DNA of 64,000 nt from Chloroflexota bacterium. Its GTDB lineage: Bacteria > Chloroflexota > UBA11872 > VXOZ01. The DNA lies in assembly GCA_965221905.1 (NCBI GenBank), contig OZ244922.1, positions 2,880,001-2,944,000 of the forward strand. The letters are read 5' to 3'. This document shows, piece by piece, positions 28,027 through 38,263 of this stretch. A program made the translations under genes and the position numbers. The notes beneath the pieces were generated by a model. That model worked only from the letters and a program-made list of their open reading frames with translations. It had not been told where the DNA came from and did not search any database. Within the stretch, counting starts at the first letter, position 1. Every line of letters starts with the position of its first letter.

Positions 28027-29787
28027 TCACCGCTCGACGAGCGCGCTCCCTTGTTCCACTTTCCAACGTTGTGCTCGGTCGTAGAGTTCGCGCGCGCTGC
28101 GCTCGGCCGCGGCTCCCGCTGCTCCGCCCATCGCTGCCAACTCATCAATCCGCTCATCCGATGACAGAGCGTCCACGTGCGTAGCCGTGCGGTTATCCGC
28201 CGTTTCCTTGTGAATGAAAAAGTGTTGGTCGGCGTACGCCGCCACCTGCGGTAGGTGCGTCACGCAGATCACCTGGTGATTCCGCACAAGGCTCCACAGC
28301 TTCTCACCTAGCACCGCGCCGCTGCGGCCGCCGACGCCAATCTCAATCTCGTCGAAGATCAGCACCGGCGTCTCGTCAACGTGGGCAAGCGCCGCCTTGA
28401 GGGCAAGCAGGAGGCGGGATGCCTCGCCGCCGGAGGCAATAGTCGCCAATGGCTTCAAGGGTTCGCCGCGATTGGAGCTAATGAGAAACTCGACGGTATC
28501 GATACCCGTTTGCCCGCATTGCAGCGTCTGCGGCCCTTCCTCAGTTTCCACCAAGAGCCCTTGCGGCACTTCCTCCTGAGTCACGGCCACGTCGAATTGC
28601 ATATGCGGCATGCCGAGCAATGCTAGTTCCCGGTGCACGGCAGCGACCAAGTCTCCTACGCCGAACTTCCGTTTCGCCGAGAGTTCGACCGCGCGTGCAG
28701 CGAGCTCGCCGGTGAGTCGTTGCAGTTCGCGCGCGATATCTTCCGCGTGGTCCTCGCTGGTTTGAATGCCGGTCAGCTCTGTCGCCGCTTGCTCCGCATA
28801 CGCCAATATCTCTGCAATGCTATTCCCGTACTTGCGTTTCAAGCTTTCGATTATGTCCAGCCGGGCCTCTACCTCCAGCAGTCTCGTCGGCTCACTTTCC
28901 AGACTGCCGGCATAGCGCCGCATGTCGGCGACCAACTCCTCCATCTGAGCCGAAAGCTCTTGTCCGACCTGTAGATGCTGCTCTGCCTCGGGATCGAGTT
29001 CCACCAATTGTTGCAGAGCCTTTACGGCCTCTCCCATCCAATCGTTTGCAGGCCGCGCGGGTTCGGCGGCATCGCTGAGCGCTTCGAGAATCTGACCCGA
29101 GATATCCACAAGCTCCGCACTGTGACGCAGCCGCCGATACTCGCCCCGCAGCGCATCTTCTTCGCCCGGAGAGAGGCTTGCCTCGGCGATTTCCTGGATT
29201 TGAAAAATAAGCAAGTCGGAGCGCTGGGCCAGCTCCCGTCCATCCCGCTGGAGATGTTGCATTTCAGTCTGCAGGGCATTTGACGCACGATACGCGTGCG
29301 TCAAATGCTGCCGCAATTCATCCAGGCCGGCAAAGCGATCGAGAAAATCCAATTGCAGCTTGGAGCGAAGCAGCGAGAGATTCTCGCCCTGACCGTGAAT
29401 ATCGACAATGAGGCCGACCACCTGCTGCAATGCACCTACGGGCATTGCTCGGCCTTGAATGCGAGCAGTGGTGCGCCCGGAAGCCGCGATCTCCCGCGAG
29501 AGCAGCAAGCGACCGCCATCATCTAGGGTTACGCCGACCTCATCCAATGCTTCTGCGAGGGCCGGACGAACCGTCTCCAGCACGAAAGTGCCTTCAACCC
29601 GCGCCGTACGAGCGCCGCTGCGCACGTCGGCAGCGCCTACGCGATTGCCGAGCAGAGCGCCGATAGCATCGATGACGATCGACTTGCCGGCGCCGGTCTC
29701 ACCGGTAAGGACATTGAACCCAGCGCCAAGCTCGACCTGCACTTCGTCAATCAGCGCGAAGTCATGAATTTCCAAGTGCTCCAACAT
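28027..29787 (-). CDS. recN: DNA repair protein RecN
   Basis: LTGETGAGKSIVIDA, DIHGQ, LKRKYG, IASGGEASR, LIFDEI, QVICVTHLPQVAA. Confidence 0.96.
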   Translation of the reverse strand: MLEHLEIHDFALIDEVQVELGAGFNVLTGETGAGKSIVIDAIGALLGNRVGAADVRSGARTARVEGTFVLETVRPALAEALDEVGVTLDDGGRLLLSREIAASGRTTARIQGRAMPVGALQQVVGLIVDIHGQGENLSLLRSKLQLDFLDRFAGLDELRQHLTHAYRASNALQTEMQHLQRDGRELAQRSDLLIFQIQEIAEASLSPGEEDALRGEYRRLRHSAELVDISGQILEALSDAAEPARPANDWMGEAVKALQQLVELDPEAEQHLQVGQELSAQMEELVADMRRYAGSLESEPTRLLEVEARLDIIESLKRKYGNSIAEILAYAEQAATELTGIQTSEDHAEDIARELQRLTGELAARAVELSAKRKFGVGDLVAAVHRELALLGMPHMQFDVAVTQEEVPQGLLVETEEGPQTLQCGQTGIDTVEFLISSNRGEPLKPLATIASGGEASRLLLALKAALAHVDETPVLIFDEIEIGVGGRSGAVLGEKLWSLVRNHQVICVTHLPQVAAYADQHFFIHKETADNRTATHVDALSSDERIDELAAMGGAAGAAAERSARELYDRAQRWKVEQGSALVER

Positions 29788-29795
29788 GGGGCATC

Positions 29796-30644
29796 CTAGG
29801 AGCTGTCGAGGGGGATTCGGAGCTTGCGCACCAGCGTCTCGTAGAAGTAGGTACGTTCCTGCACGCGAGCGAATTTGCAGGTTTGAGTCGCAGTAGTCAG
29901 ATGCATCATGCCTTCGTTGGGAAGATCACCTACCAGCAGCCCGTCAATTGTGACCACCGCCTCATGCTGGTGGAATACCTGCAAACGTAACCGCGCCGAC
30001 TGGCGCAAGACAAACGGAGTCGTCGGCCCTCGCAGAGAGTACATCGGTGTGATGAGCAAATTCCGGACCTCTGGATGCAAAATCGGCCCGCCGGCCACCA
30101 TAGAATAGGCCGTTGACCCGGTTGCGGTAGAAATCATCAGACCGTCCGCCACGTAGTCGGCGAGAAAGGCATCGTCAATCCATACCTTTATGTCTAGCAC
30201 TCGCCGCACGTGCCCCTGACTAATCACCGCCTCATTGAGCGCTACCGTCTCTTGCATTTCGCCCTCAATTTGGCAGTCAAGCATAGAACGCTCTTCAATC
30301 CAGTAGTCCTCATTCAAGAAGCGCGGCAACGTCTGGATCGCTTCTGTGGGCAAGAGTTCCGAGAGAAACCCGAGCCGTCCAAACTTCACTCCAACAATAG
30401 GTACGTCATGCTGCGCGCAGATCGGCGCCGCTCGCAAAATGCTGCCGTCACCACCGAGAGTATAGAGCAGGTCTGTGGCAGGGATTCGCTCTTGCCATTC
30501 CGCCTCAGCTTCCACCGGCACGTGCCAGGCACCGTGTCCTTCTTTCTCGATGAGAGAGTGCAGAACGGTAGCAAGCGATTGTGCCTGCGGACGTCCGGGG
30601 TGGTAGAGCAATCCAACTGTCACAGCTCTCCGCCTATCTCTCAT
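29796..30644 (-). CDS. nadK: NAD(+) kinase
   Basis: LGGDGSILRA, GRLGFL, ALNE, ADGLMISTATGSTAYS; conserved nadK-recN adjacency; start may be GTG 30623. Confidence 0.93.
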   Translation of the reverse strand: MRDRRRAVTVGLLYHPGRPQAQSLATVLHSLIEKEGHGAWHVPVEAEAEWQERIPATDLLYTLGGDGSILRAAPICAQHDVPIVGVKFGRLGFLSELLPTEAIQTLPRFLNEDYWIEERSMLDCQIEGEMQETVALNEAVISQGHVRRVLDIKVWIDDAFLADYVADGLMISTATGSTAYSMVAGGPILHPEVRNLLITPMYSLRGPTTPFVLRQSARLRLQVFHQHEAVVTIDGLLVGDLPNEGMMHLTTATQTCKFARVQERTYFYETLVRKLRIPLDSS

Positions 30645-30974
30645 TCCAGACTAGACCAACAATTGTGCTTTGGTAGAAGCTTGTCATTCCACCGGCACGT
30701 AAGCCCAGGACTTAGGTGGCAGCAATCTGCGGGCCTTGCCGGAGACGCAATCTTCACTTCCGCTGCCCAGTAACCAATAGCGGTTTGATTATACCGCAGG
30801 GGTAGCGGGAAAAGTACGTGCAGCCCTGCGCAACGGGGAGAGTCCCGCGTCCTCTCTTGCCACGGCATGGCTGCGCGATTGCACGCTACGACAGCATCTC
30901 CCTCAGCGTCTTGGCATTGAAGCAGCTCTTGCGAGAAGCGCCCCTGGCCCATGTCCCAGCACTGCCGTATATTG

Positions 30975-32135
30975 CTAGAGGTCGGTCGTCTGCTGCTGCG
31001 CGCTATACAGCAAACCGTGGGTTATTTGGCGATACATGAGCACCGTTCTCGCCGCAATGCGTTCCTGTGTAAACTCACGGAGAACCCGCTCACGCCCTTG
31101 TGCGCCAAGTTTGCGCCGCAGTGACGGATCTTTGTGAAGCTTGGTCAATGTCTCCGCCAGCGCCTCTGCATCACCCTCCGGGAACGTCATACCGCCCCGT
31201 TCCGCATCAGTGCTACCGACAATTTCAGGGATTTCTCCGGATTCCGATCCTACCACAGGCACCCCGCACGCCATTGCCTCGATGAGCACGCGACCAAACT
31301 GCTCTTTCCAATTCGGCATGGTGAGAGATGGCAAGACGCAGACGTGCATTGCCTGGTAGTGTGCCGGCATTGAATTGCTGGGCACGTGGCCGATGAACTC
31401 AACCTTATCCTGTATTCCCAGGGATTCAGCCTGTGACCGCAGCATCGGCTCCGCCGGGCCGGTCCCAATGAGCTGCACTTGGTAGGGGAATGCGAGCCGC
31501 GACGCCGCGTTGAGCAGCACGTGAATCCCCTTTGCCCGGACCAACCGACCCACGTAGCCGATTTTGAGGACTTCGTCGGAATCGTCTGGCTGGGAGACCG
31601 GAGAGAAGAGGGCGGCATCCACGCCGAATTGCGGAAAGACCGCAGACGGGCACGAGTAGCGCTTTCGGCGCAGCACCTCTTGGGCCTGCCGCGTACCGGC
31701 CTGTGCCGCATGTGACCGCAGCAGCGAGTAGAGTTCGATGAAGTAGAATGGCGGCGGCAAGACCCGGTAGACATTTTGCCAGGCAAAGAAGATCGCCTTG
31801 GCCCCGACTCGCCTTGCCTGCCAAATCGCATGTGCCGTGGCGAAGTTGTAAGGCTCTTCATCAACGTGCACCACGTCGGGCTGCCACTCGACGAGATGAC
31901 GCCGCAGGCTGGGATAGTAGTGCATGTGGTAGTGCCCGTTGAAGCGCATGTGCGCAGGAATCAGCTCATAGCCGGTGGTGTAGCGAGATTCCAACACCTG
32001 GCGATAGTCGCCTTCCCGCCAATAGCGAGGCACAATTGCACGAAGCTCGACATCCGGAAACTTGGCGATCTCTTCCATCTTGCGTTGGTACGTGGCCACT
32101 ACAAGCGCCTTGGAAATGTAGAGCACGCGCATCAT
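30975..32135 (-). CDS. Glycosyltransferase family 4
   Basis: YVGRLVRAKG, EQFGRVLIEAMACGVPVV. Confidence 0.9.
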   Translation of the reverse strand: MMRVLYISKALVVATYQRKMEEIAKFPDVELRAIVPRYWREGDYRQVLESRYTTGYELIPAHMRFNGHYHMHYYPSLRRHLVEWQPDVVHVDEEPYNFATAHAIWQARRVGAKAIFFAWQNVYRVLPPPFYFIELYSLLRSHAAQAGTRQAQEVLRRKRYSCPSAVFPQFGVDAALFSPVSQPDDSDEVLKIGYVGRLVRAKGIHVLLNAASRLAFPYQVQLIGTGPAEPMLRSQAESLGIQDKVEFIGHVPSNSMPAHYQAMHVCVLPSLTMPNWKEQFGRVLIEAMACGVPVVGSESGEIPEIVGSTDAERGGMTFPEGDAEALAETLTKLHKDPSLRRKLGAQGRERVLREFTQERIAARTVLMYRQITHGLLYSAQQQTTDL

Positions 32136-33262
32136 TTCACCTGCTTGTAGACCGCAATGGTCTGTGCGGCCGTACGCTCCCAGGAGAACGCCTGGGCCTG
32201 CGCAATCGCCCGTTCGGCGTAGTGCGCTCGTTCCTGTCTGGACTCCCAGAGACGTCCGATGGCTGCCGCCCAGGCATTGGCGTCGTCAGGCGGGACTAAG
32301 ATGCCGCCTTCGCCTACCACCTCCGGCAGCGACGTCGCCTCGCTGCATACGACCGGTGTGCCGCAAGCCATGGCTTCTAACGGATCCAGGCCGAATCCTT
32401 CATAGCGCGAAGGAAACACGAAGAGCGTTGCGGCACGATACAGGAGCGGCTTATCCGCTTCCGGTACGCCGCCTAGAAAACGCACGCGGTGCCCTATCTC
32501 CGATTCAGTGGCTTGGCGCACCCAGTCGGGAAAGAGAGCGGCCTTACCATGCCGGGTGCGGCCCGCAACAACTAGCGAGACATCTTCCGGTAGCTTCTCG
32601 AGCGCCGTAAACAGAATCCCAAGGTTCTTGCGCACGTCCAGGCCGCCAAGATAGAAGAGGAATCGTTCCGGCAGATCGTAGCGCCGCCGCGCAGCCTTGA
32701 CATCCTCATCTCGTAAGTCTGGCGAAAATCGCGCATCCGCGGCGAGATGCACAACGTGCACATCGTCTTCGCTAAGGTTAAGCCGCTCGATCACGTCGCG
32801 CTTGGCGGCTTCAGAATCCGTAATGATCGCATCCGCTTTGTGCGCCGCCGCCATTACAAGGCTCGTATAGAGTCGCACGAGGGGGTTGCCGCGATACTCA
32901 GGCAGCACAACCGGAATCAAGTCGTGAATAGTAGTTACCAGCGGAAAGCTATGGTAATGCGATGGGGCGAAGTAAGGCACGTGGCCCACTACGTCCTGGC
33001 CCGACTTAGCAGCCAGCCGGGGCCACGTTACTTGCTCCCACCACAGTTTTGCCAGGTTGCCTCGGCGCAGCAAGCCGCCCATTGGGGCGTTCGCCCGGAT
33101 ACCGCCGACCGGACGCATCGTATCGCGCATGAAGTAGGGCAGTTGCACAGAGACCTGAACTTCGTCGCTACGCTTCTGCAGCGCCCGCAGCAGATGATAC
33201 GCGTACTGTGCGCTTCCGGTGTGGTGCACATTAAGGAAATACCCATTTACGGCAATTTCCAT
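32132..33262 (-). CDS. Glycosyltransferase family 4 (GT-B)
   Basis: TTIHDL, RKN, FVFPSRYEGFGLDPLEAMACGTPVV. Confidence 0.9.
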   Translation of the reverse strand: MEIAVNGYFLNVHHTGSAQYAYHLLRALQKRSDEVQVSVQLPYFMRDTMRPVGGIRANAPMGGLLRRGNLAKLWWEQVTWPRLAAKSGQDVVGHVPYFAPSHYHSFPLVTTIHDLIPVVLPEYRGNPLVRLYTSLVMAAAHKADAIITDSEAAKRDVIERLNLSEDDVHVVHLAADARFSPDLRDEDVKAARRRYDLPERFLFYLGGLDVRKNLGILFTALEKLPEDVSLVVAGRTRHGKAALFPDWVRQATESEIGHRVRFLGGVPEADKPLLYRAATLFVFPSRYEGFGLDPLEAMACGTPVVCSEATSLPEVVGEGGILVPPDDANAWAAAIGRLWESRQERAHYAERAIAQAQAFSWERTAAQTIAVYKQVK

Positions 33263-33273
33263 AGTGGCGCGGG

Positions 33274-35025
33274 CTATTTCGGAAGTGCTTGTAACGCCAG
33301 GTATGCAGGTCTCGGGTTCAAGTGTTCGTCGAGAATCCCGAAGGAATAAGCGCTGTCAGTCGGTTCGATTTGATTGGCAAAGTTCAAATTGAAAACTACC
33401 AGTCCGGTGACATACGGAAACCTATGCTTCGCCAGTAGATAGGATTCGGCCAGATACCGCCCCTGGTCTTCGTCGGAAACCTCTACCCCATAGGGAAATT
33501 CAGGATGCAAGTTGTGCGTGGTCCATCCCATCTCCGTCAACCAGATACTCTTACCCGTGTCACCGTACTTTTGCAGCACGTCCCAGTGATTCTCAAAGCG
33601 GCGGAAGTAGAACGACCAGTGGTGTTTGTACGTGGTACCGGACGTCGAGTAGTTATCGGGCGTATCGCCCGGCGCATTATTGAAGCCATATGAGTGCAAC
33701 CCGAGCACATCGAAATAGTTGCGGATTATGCCATCGCGGTACTGGTACATAGCCTCCAGGTATGCCACGTCGTCCATGGCAACCCCCTCGCGATTGACTC
33801 CTGTGGGCGACAAGCCGCCGCTGACGACAATAGCGTTCGGATTCCCGCGCTTCACTCCCCGATAGCCCGCGCCCATGAGCTCAACGAATTCCCATGGCGC
33901 GACCGTACCATCCCAGTTTCCGGCCAAGTTAGGCTCATTCCAGAGTTCATAGGATTGCACCTGATCGCCGTAACGCGACGCGATGATGGCCAAGAAGTTT
34001 TCGAAGTCGCCGAAATTCGCCGGCGGGCCGTTATGAAAACTGCCAAACTGCGCCCACCACTCCTCGACGGAGCCAGAAGAGGATCCCTCCTGTACGGCGA
34101 TTTGATTCCCTGCGGGTATTACGCGGCGCGTCCAATAGGGAGACGCATAGATGCCCAGCATCACTTCCAAGCCGTGCCGGTTTGCCGCCTCTACAATGCG
34201 GTCCACCTGGTCCCACATATACCCGCCGGGATGGAGTTCTATTGCCTTCCACTCTACTTGTTGCTTGATGCCGGTAAAGCCCGCGGCCTTTGCTAACGCG
34301 AGCACGTGCTCGATATTAGGGTCGTAGAAAAGCGAGACTTGCGCGATGAGCTTCAGTTGCGAATCTCGTGCAGGCTGGTCCACTATTGTTTGCAACGTGC
34401 CACGCAACGAGAGGAACATCTGGCCCAATGGCGCCAGTTGTACCTCGTCGGGGGTGCCGGACTTGGTTGGATCATAGCGAAATACGGCTCGTTCGAAGTA
34501 TTGGACCGCATGCTGCCAATCGTCATCAGCCGGTAACTCTCCGGAAATCGGCAGCCCAAACACTTGCACACCGCCGTGTTCTTGGAAAAAGCGGAGAAAT
34601 GCAAAGCGCACAGCATGGCCGGTCTCCGGGAAATACCGCTGCGCAGACGTCTCTGCTACCGGTTCTTCCTGGGAGAAGAAGCGCCAGTGCGGATAAAGCA
34701 AGCGACCCAACGGACTGAACCGCACCTGGCCGCGCTGCGGCCACCACTCCAGCCGCGCATTCTCGAAATATTGGACGACGTGACCGTCTTCGCTTTGTTC
34801 GTTTGTCAGCGGCTGTCCTAGGACGCTTTCGCCGCCCATTTGCTCGAAGTAGTCGAGCATAGCCCCATGCACAATAGTATTCGTGGCCTGAAAGTGCCTC
34901 GGCTCCGAATTGGCGAAAACCGGAGCCGGTAGGAGCATGAAGCACGAAAAGAATAGAAGCAATCGAACATACCAACGCCGCGGGCCAATGCCTTTCATCA
35001 TGCTCTGTCTACCTCCCAATTTCAC
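33274..35025 (-). CDS. Secreted clan GH-A glycoside hydrolase (GH5/GH39-like) with N-terminal YFPETGH-type repeats
   Basis: Signal peptide; QYFENARLE, YFPETGH, FGLPIS and QYFERA repeats; catalytic LWNEPN and WLTEMGW. Confidence 0.8.
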   Translation of the reverse strand: MKLGGRQSMMKGIGPRRWYVRLLLFFSCFMLLPAPVFANSEPRHFQATNTIVHGAMLDYFEQMGGESVLGQPLTNEQSEDGHVVQYFENARLEWWPQRGQVRFSPLGRLLYPHWRFFSQEEPVAETSAQRYFPETGHAVRFAFLRFFQEHGGVQVFGLPISGELPADDDWQHAVQYFERAVFRYDPTKSGTPDEVQLAPLGQMFLSLRGTLQTIVDQPARDSQLKLIAQVSLFYDPNIEHVLALAKAAGFTGIKQQVEWKAIELHPGGYMWDQVDRIVEAANRHGLEVMLGIYASPYWTRRVIPAGNQIAVQEGSSSGSVEEWWAQFGSFHNGPPANFGDFENFLAIIASRYGDQVQSYELWNEPNLAGNWDGTVAPWEFVELMGAGYRGVKRGNPNAIVVSGGLSPTGVNREGVAMDDVAYLEAMYQYRDGIIRNYFDVLGLHSYGFNNAPGDTPDNYSTSGTTYKHHWSFYFRRFENHWDVLQKYGDTGKSIWLTEMGWTTHNLHPEFPYGVEVSDEDQGRYLAESYLLAKHRFPYVTGLVVFNLNFANQIEPTDSAYSFGILDEHLNPRPAYLALQALPK

Positions 35026-35155
35026 CGCATTCTCCGCTAGGAGCGCTCAAGTCCGTGTCCCGGCCATCGGCAATAGTAATCTCGCCGTATTGCCATCAAC
35101 TGGGCACCGCAGACTGCCCCAATGTGGCGAGGACACAAAGTAACCGCTTTGGCAC

Positions 35156-35164
35156 ATTATAGCA
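35156..35164 (-). promoter_or_regulatory. Extended -10 promoter element upstream of the glycoside hydrolase
   Basis: Minus strand TGCTATAAT. Confidence 0.45.
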
Positions 35165-35269
35165 GATACAGAAGCCACTCCACGCTACCGATCTGTCTTC
35201 ATTCCGCGAACATACTTTCAGGTGTCGTGCCGCTCACTCGGACGCTAGACTGCCGTCCTCAATTCGCGT

Positions 35270-36403
35270 TCAGCCACCGCTAACAACACGCACCAGATGT
35301 GCACGCAGTTCGCTCGCTGCCCGCTCCCACGTGAATCCAGCAGCGCGTTCTCTTCCCGCGGCAATGAGTTCCGCGCGCTTGACTTCATCTGTAGCAAGCA
35401 CCAAGAGCGCCCCACCAATGGCGTCAACGTCGTTGGGATCTACGAGGATGGCCGCCTCACCCGCGACCTCGGGCAGGGATGACGTATTCGACGTGACTAC
35501 CGGTGTGCCGCACGCCATGGCTTCGAGCACGGGCAGCCCAAAACCCTCGTACAGGCTGGGAAACACAAAAGCGCTCGCGCTATTGTACAGAACCGCAAGA
35601 TCCTCATCGGAATCGACGGTTGTCAGGAAGTGCACGCGCTCGGAAACGCCGTATTCCTGCGGGGCGGCGAGTATCTGCTCGTAGAGCCAGCCCGGACGCC
35701 CCACGTGCACGAGGTGATGGGGCAGCCCAGCATCAACAACCGAGCGCATGGCCGCGATCACGCGGGCAATGTTCTTTCTTGGCTGAATTGTGCCTACGGT
35801 AAGAAAGTAGGGATACGCTATGCCATGTCGCTGAAGCACTGCCGCCCGCAGGGCTGGGTTATTGCGGGAACGGAAGACTCCGTCAACGCCGCAATGAAGC
35901 ACTTCAATACGGGCGGGCTCGACGTGATATGCGCCTATCAAGTCTTGCCGGGTAGCTTCCGAGTCCGCGAGCACCAATTGAGCGCGCGCGACACTGCGCG
36001 GAACGGCTGATTCCAAGTACGAGCGCAAGGAATTCGGGTAGGAGTCTGGAAAGTGAAGGTATGAAAGATCGTGGACGGTGATGACGCCGGGTGCGCGCCA
36101 CAGCGGCGGCAAGACGAAGTCCGGCGCGTAGAAGACGTCGACCCCGCCCGCGAGCAGATCGGCATAGAGAGGCAGCCGCAGCCGATGCCAGATGCGCGTC
36201 AGCGCGCGCTCGGATAGCGGCAGATACCGATACCTCAGTTTAGGAGATACGAGGCGTCGCCAATGCCCTTCTGAGAATCGCGGCATTAAGAGTGTGATTT
36301 GGTCGACGAAGGGCTGTGCTATGAGCGCACTGACTAGCGACCACGTATACCTGCCAATGCCGGCCGGTTGGGTGGCTGCGGTAAAGTCAATTCCTATTCT
36401 CAT
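35270..36403 (-). CDS. Glycosyltransferase family 4 (GT-B)
   Basis: MRIGID, GIGRY, ITVHDL, GTIQPRKN, FPSLYEGFGLPVLEAMACG. Confidence 0.92.
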   Translation of the reverse strand: MRIGIDFTAATQPAGIGRYTWSLVSALIAQPFVDQITLLMPRFSEGHWRRLVSPKLRYRYLPLSERALTRIWHRLRLPLYADLLAGGVDVFYAPDFVLPPLWRAPGVITVHDLSYLHFPDSYPNSLRSYLESAVPRSVARAQLVLADSEATRQDLIGAYHVEPARIEVLHCGVDGVFRSRNNPALRAAVLQRHGIAYPYFLTVGTIQPRKNIARVIAAMRSVVDAGLPHHLVHVGRPGWLYEQILAAPQEYGVSERVHFLTTVDSDEDLAVLYNSASAFVFPSLYEGFGLPVLEAMACGTPVVTSNTSSLPEVAGEAAILVDPNDVDAIGGALLVLATDEVKRAELIAAGRERAAGFTWERAASELRAHLVRVVSGG

Positions 36404-36476
36404 GACACTAGGAACACCAAACGGCAACTCTGCTTGGAGCCTGTCGTGGCCAACCTATCCATTAGAGCTATGCCGC

Positions 36477-36890
36477 CTATATTGCACAGTCGGCGAGCCT
36501 CGCTAGCAGTTTTTTCGAGGGCTTTGGGCTACTGTAAATGCCCTTAGTCTCCCAAGACTTGGTGTGAAGCCAATCGGTCACCTCTCCTACTATGGCAACC
36601 AGTTCGTCGTGAAGGATCAAGTACCACTTTCCTCGAACCGGAAACGTCATGTATAAGCCCTTGCACAAGTAGCTTCGGTTGATGGTTAGACGGGCTTTGA
36701 GTTGCACTTTGAGCGTCTGGGTTCCGTCTTTGTGGTATGCAAGAAAGTCTGCACCTTGCCAGTCATCGGACAACTTGAGGCAATTATACCCATACTCCGC
36801 AAGCAACCCAGCAACTTTCTGAAAATTGTAGATTTCCTTTTGCTTTGCATTCAGCTCATCATACTTTGCACGCTGTAATCTCACCGCCAC
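36477..36890 (-). CDS. Hypothetical protein, possible PD-(D/E)XK nuclease fold
   Basis: E...GADFLAYH...LKVQLK pattern; GGGGG RBS; visibly AT-richer than neighbours. Confidence 0.6.
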   Translation of the reverse strand: MAVRLQRAKYDELNAKQKEIYNFQKVAGLLAEYGYNCLKLSDDWQGADFLAYHKDGTQTLKVQLKARLTINRSYLCKGLYMTFPVRGKWYLILHDELVAIVGEVTDWLHTKSWETKGIYSSPKPSKKLLARLADCAI

Positions 36891-36902
36891 ACTACCCCCT
36901 TC

Positions 36903-37865
36903 TCAGTGTTGCGAAGCTACTTCCGCGCGATTGCGACCCCAGAGCCGTAGGCGCGCGTGCGTGAAGTAGTAGGCTGCACCGGGAATCAGAACCAGCCAGT
37001 AACTAATGAACCGGTCGAGGATTGCCACTGCCGCCGCCATGTCCACCGGCACGCCAAGCAGCAACATTACCCCTACCATACCCCCTTCCACCGCGCCAAG
37101 GCCGCCGGGGGTGGGCGCCGCGAGCAAGAGCGCGCCTGCCGCAAAGACAAACAGCAGTTGCGGCGCCTCAAGCGAGACACCCATCGCACTTGCCACCAAG
37201 AAGAACCGTCCGGCTTCAGCAGCCCATGCCAGTGCAGTAAGAACAATCATGAGCCACAGTGGCTTTGTCGACGCAAAGATACCGTGCTGAAAGCGCTCGA
37301 ACCGTTCGCCCAGTCTATGGGGCAACCGTGCCAGGAGGGTGCTGTCCAAGCGCCAGAAGAGAAACAAGCCGCCCGCCATGAGCACCGCCAATATTCCAAC
37401 GCTCAGGAGGACTCCTCGCATCTCGCTCAGCAACTCACCACGCACAAAGAAGAGTGCAGCAGTTACTGCAATTGCTAGCAGAGCGAGCATATCGATCACG
37501 CGCTCCGCAAGTACGCTACCCGTGGTGAGCGCGAATGAAATCCGTTCTCTGCGGCGTAGGATTAGCCCCCGGTAGAGGTCTCCCATCTTGGCGGGAATCA
37601 GATGATTAACGAACCAAGAGAGGAAAATGACCTCTGCTAATAGGCGCGTCGGGACCGTGTGGCCCAGGTTTCGCAACATCTTGCGCCACCGCACCGCCCG
37701 CGGCAGCAACGTTGTGTAGTAAACCATCAACGCAAGCAAATAGAGCCGTAAGTCTATTTGCCTGATTTCGGCCCAAATTCCCCGCCAATCGAGCCCACCC
37801 AGGCGCCAAAGCGCGACCAAGAGCGCCGCCGCAACGAGAAAGGAGAAGATCGTCTGCGGACTCAA
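36903..37865 (-). CDS. Lysylphosphatidylglycerol synthase TM-domain / UPF0104 flippase-like membrane protein
   Basis: RAVRWR, NHLIPAKMGDLYR, ERVID, TPGGLGAVE, DRFISYW; start uncertain. Confidence 0.85.
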   Translation of the reverse strand: MSPQTIFSFLVAAALLVALWRLGGLDWRGIWAEIRQIDLRLYLLALMVYYTTLLPRAVRWRKMLRNLGHTVPTRLLAEVIFLSWFVNHLIPAKMGDLYRGLILRRRERISFALTTGSVLAERVIDMLALLAIAVTAALFFVRGELLSEMRGVLLSVGILAVLMAGGLFLFWRLDSTLLARLPHRLGERFERFQHGIFASTKPLWLMIVLTALAWAAEAGRFFLVASAMGVSLEAPQLLFVFAAGALLLAAPTPGGLGAVEGGMVGVMLLLGVPVDMAAAVAILDRFISYWLVLIPGAAYYFTHARLRLWGRNRAEVASQH

Positions 37866-38263
37866 GAAGCGCTGCTTGAAAGTTGCAGGCGCGCCTTCTG
37901 CTGCGTCGTTAGGCTCGATCGGGGAGGAAGTTGTGGGCTCGATGACGTTGTCTCACGTTTCTAGGATGAATTACCTTCTCATAATACCGAATGCCCCGCA
38001 ATCCCCGCTAACCGCCAGGCGGGTCTGCGCACTGCCGCCCCTCATCGCTCTCAAGGGCGGAATCACCGATTGTGGGCCGGCAAACTCCGGCTACGCACTC
38101 AATGGTTCCCACTACCGGCACACTTGCCTCCCTCATGTGCTAGAGTTCTTCGCTTTTAGCCCCGAAACGATGCACCTAGCAGCAAGCTTTGAACACCGTT
38201 ACACTAAAAAGAAGCATAGAAACAACTCAGCCACATCCATGGTTAAGGCAAGGAGCAAGAGAA

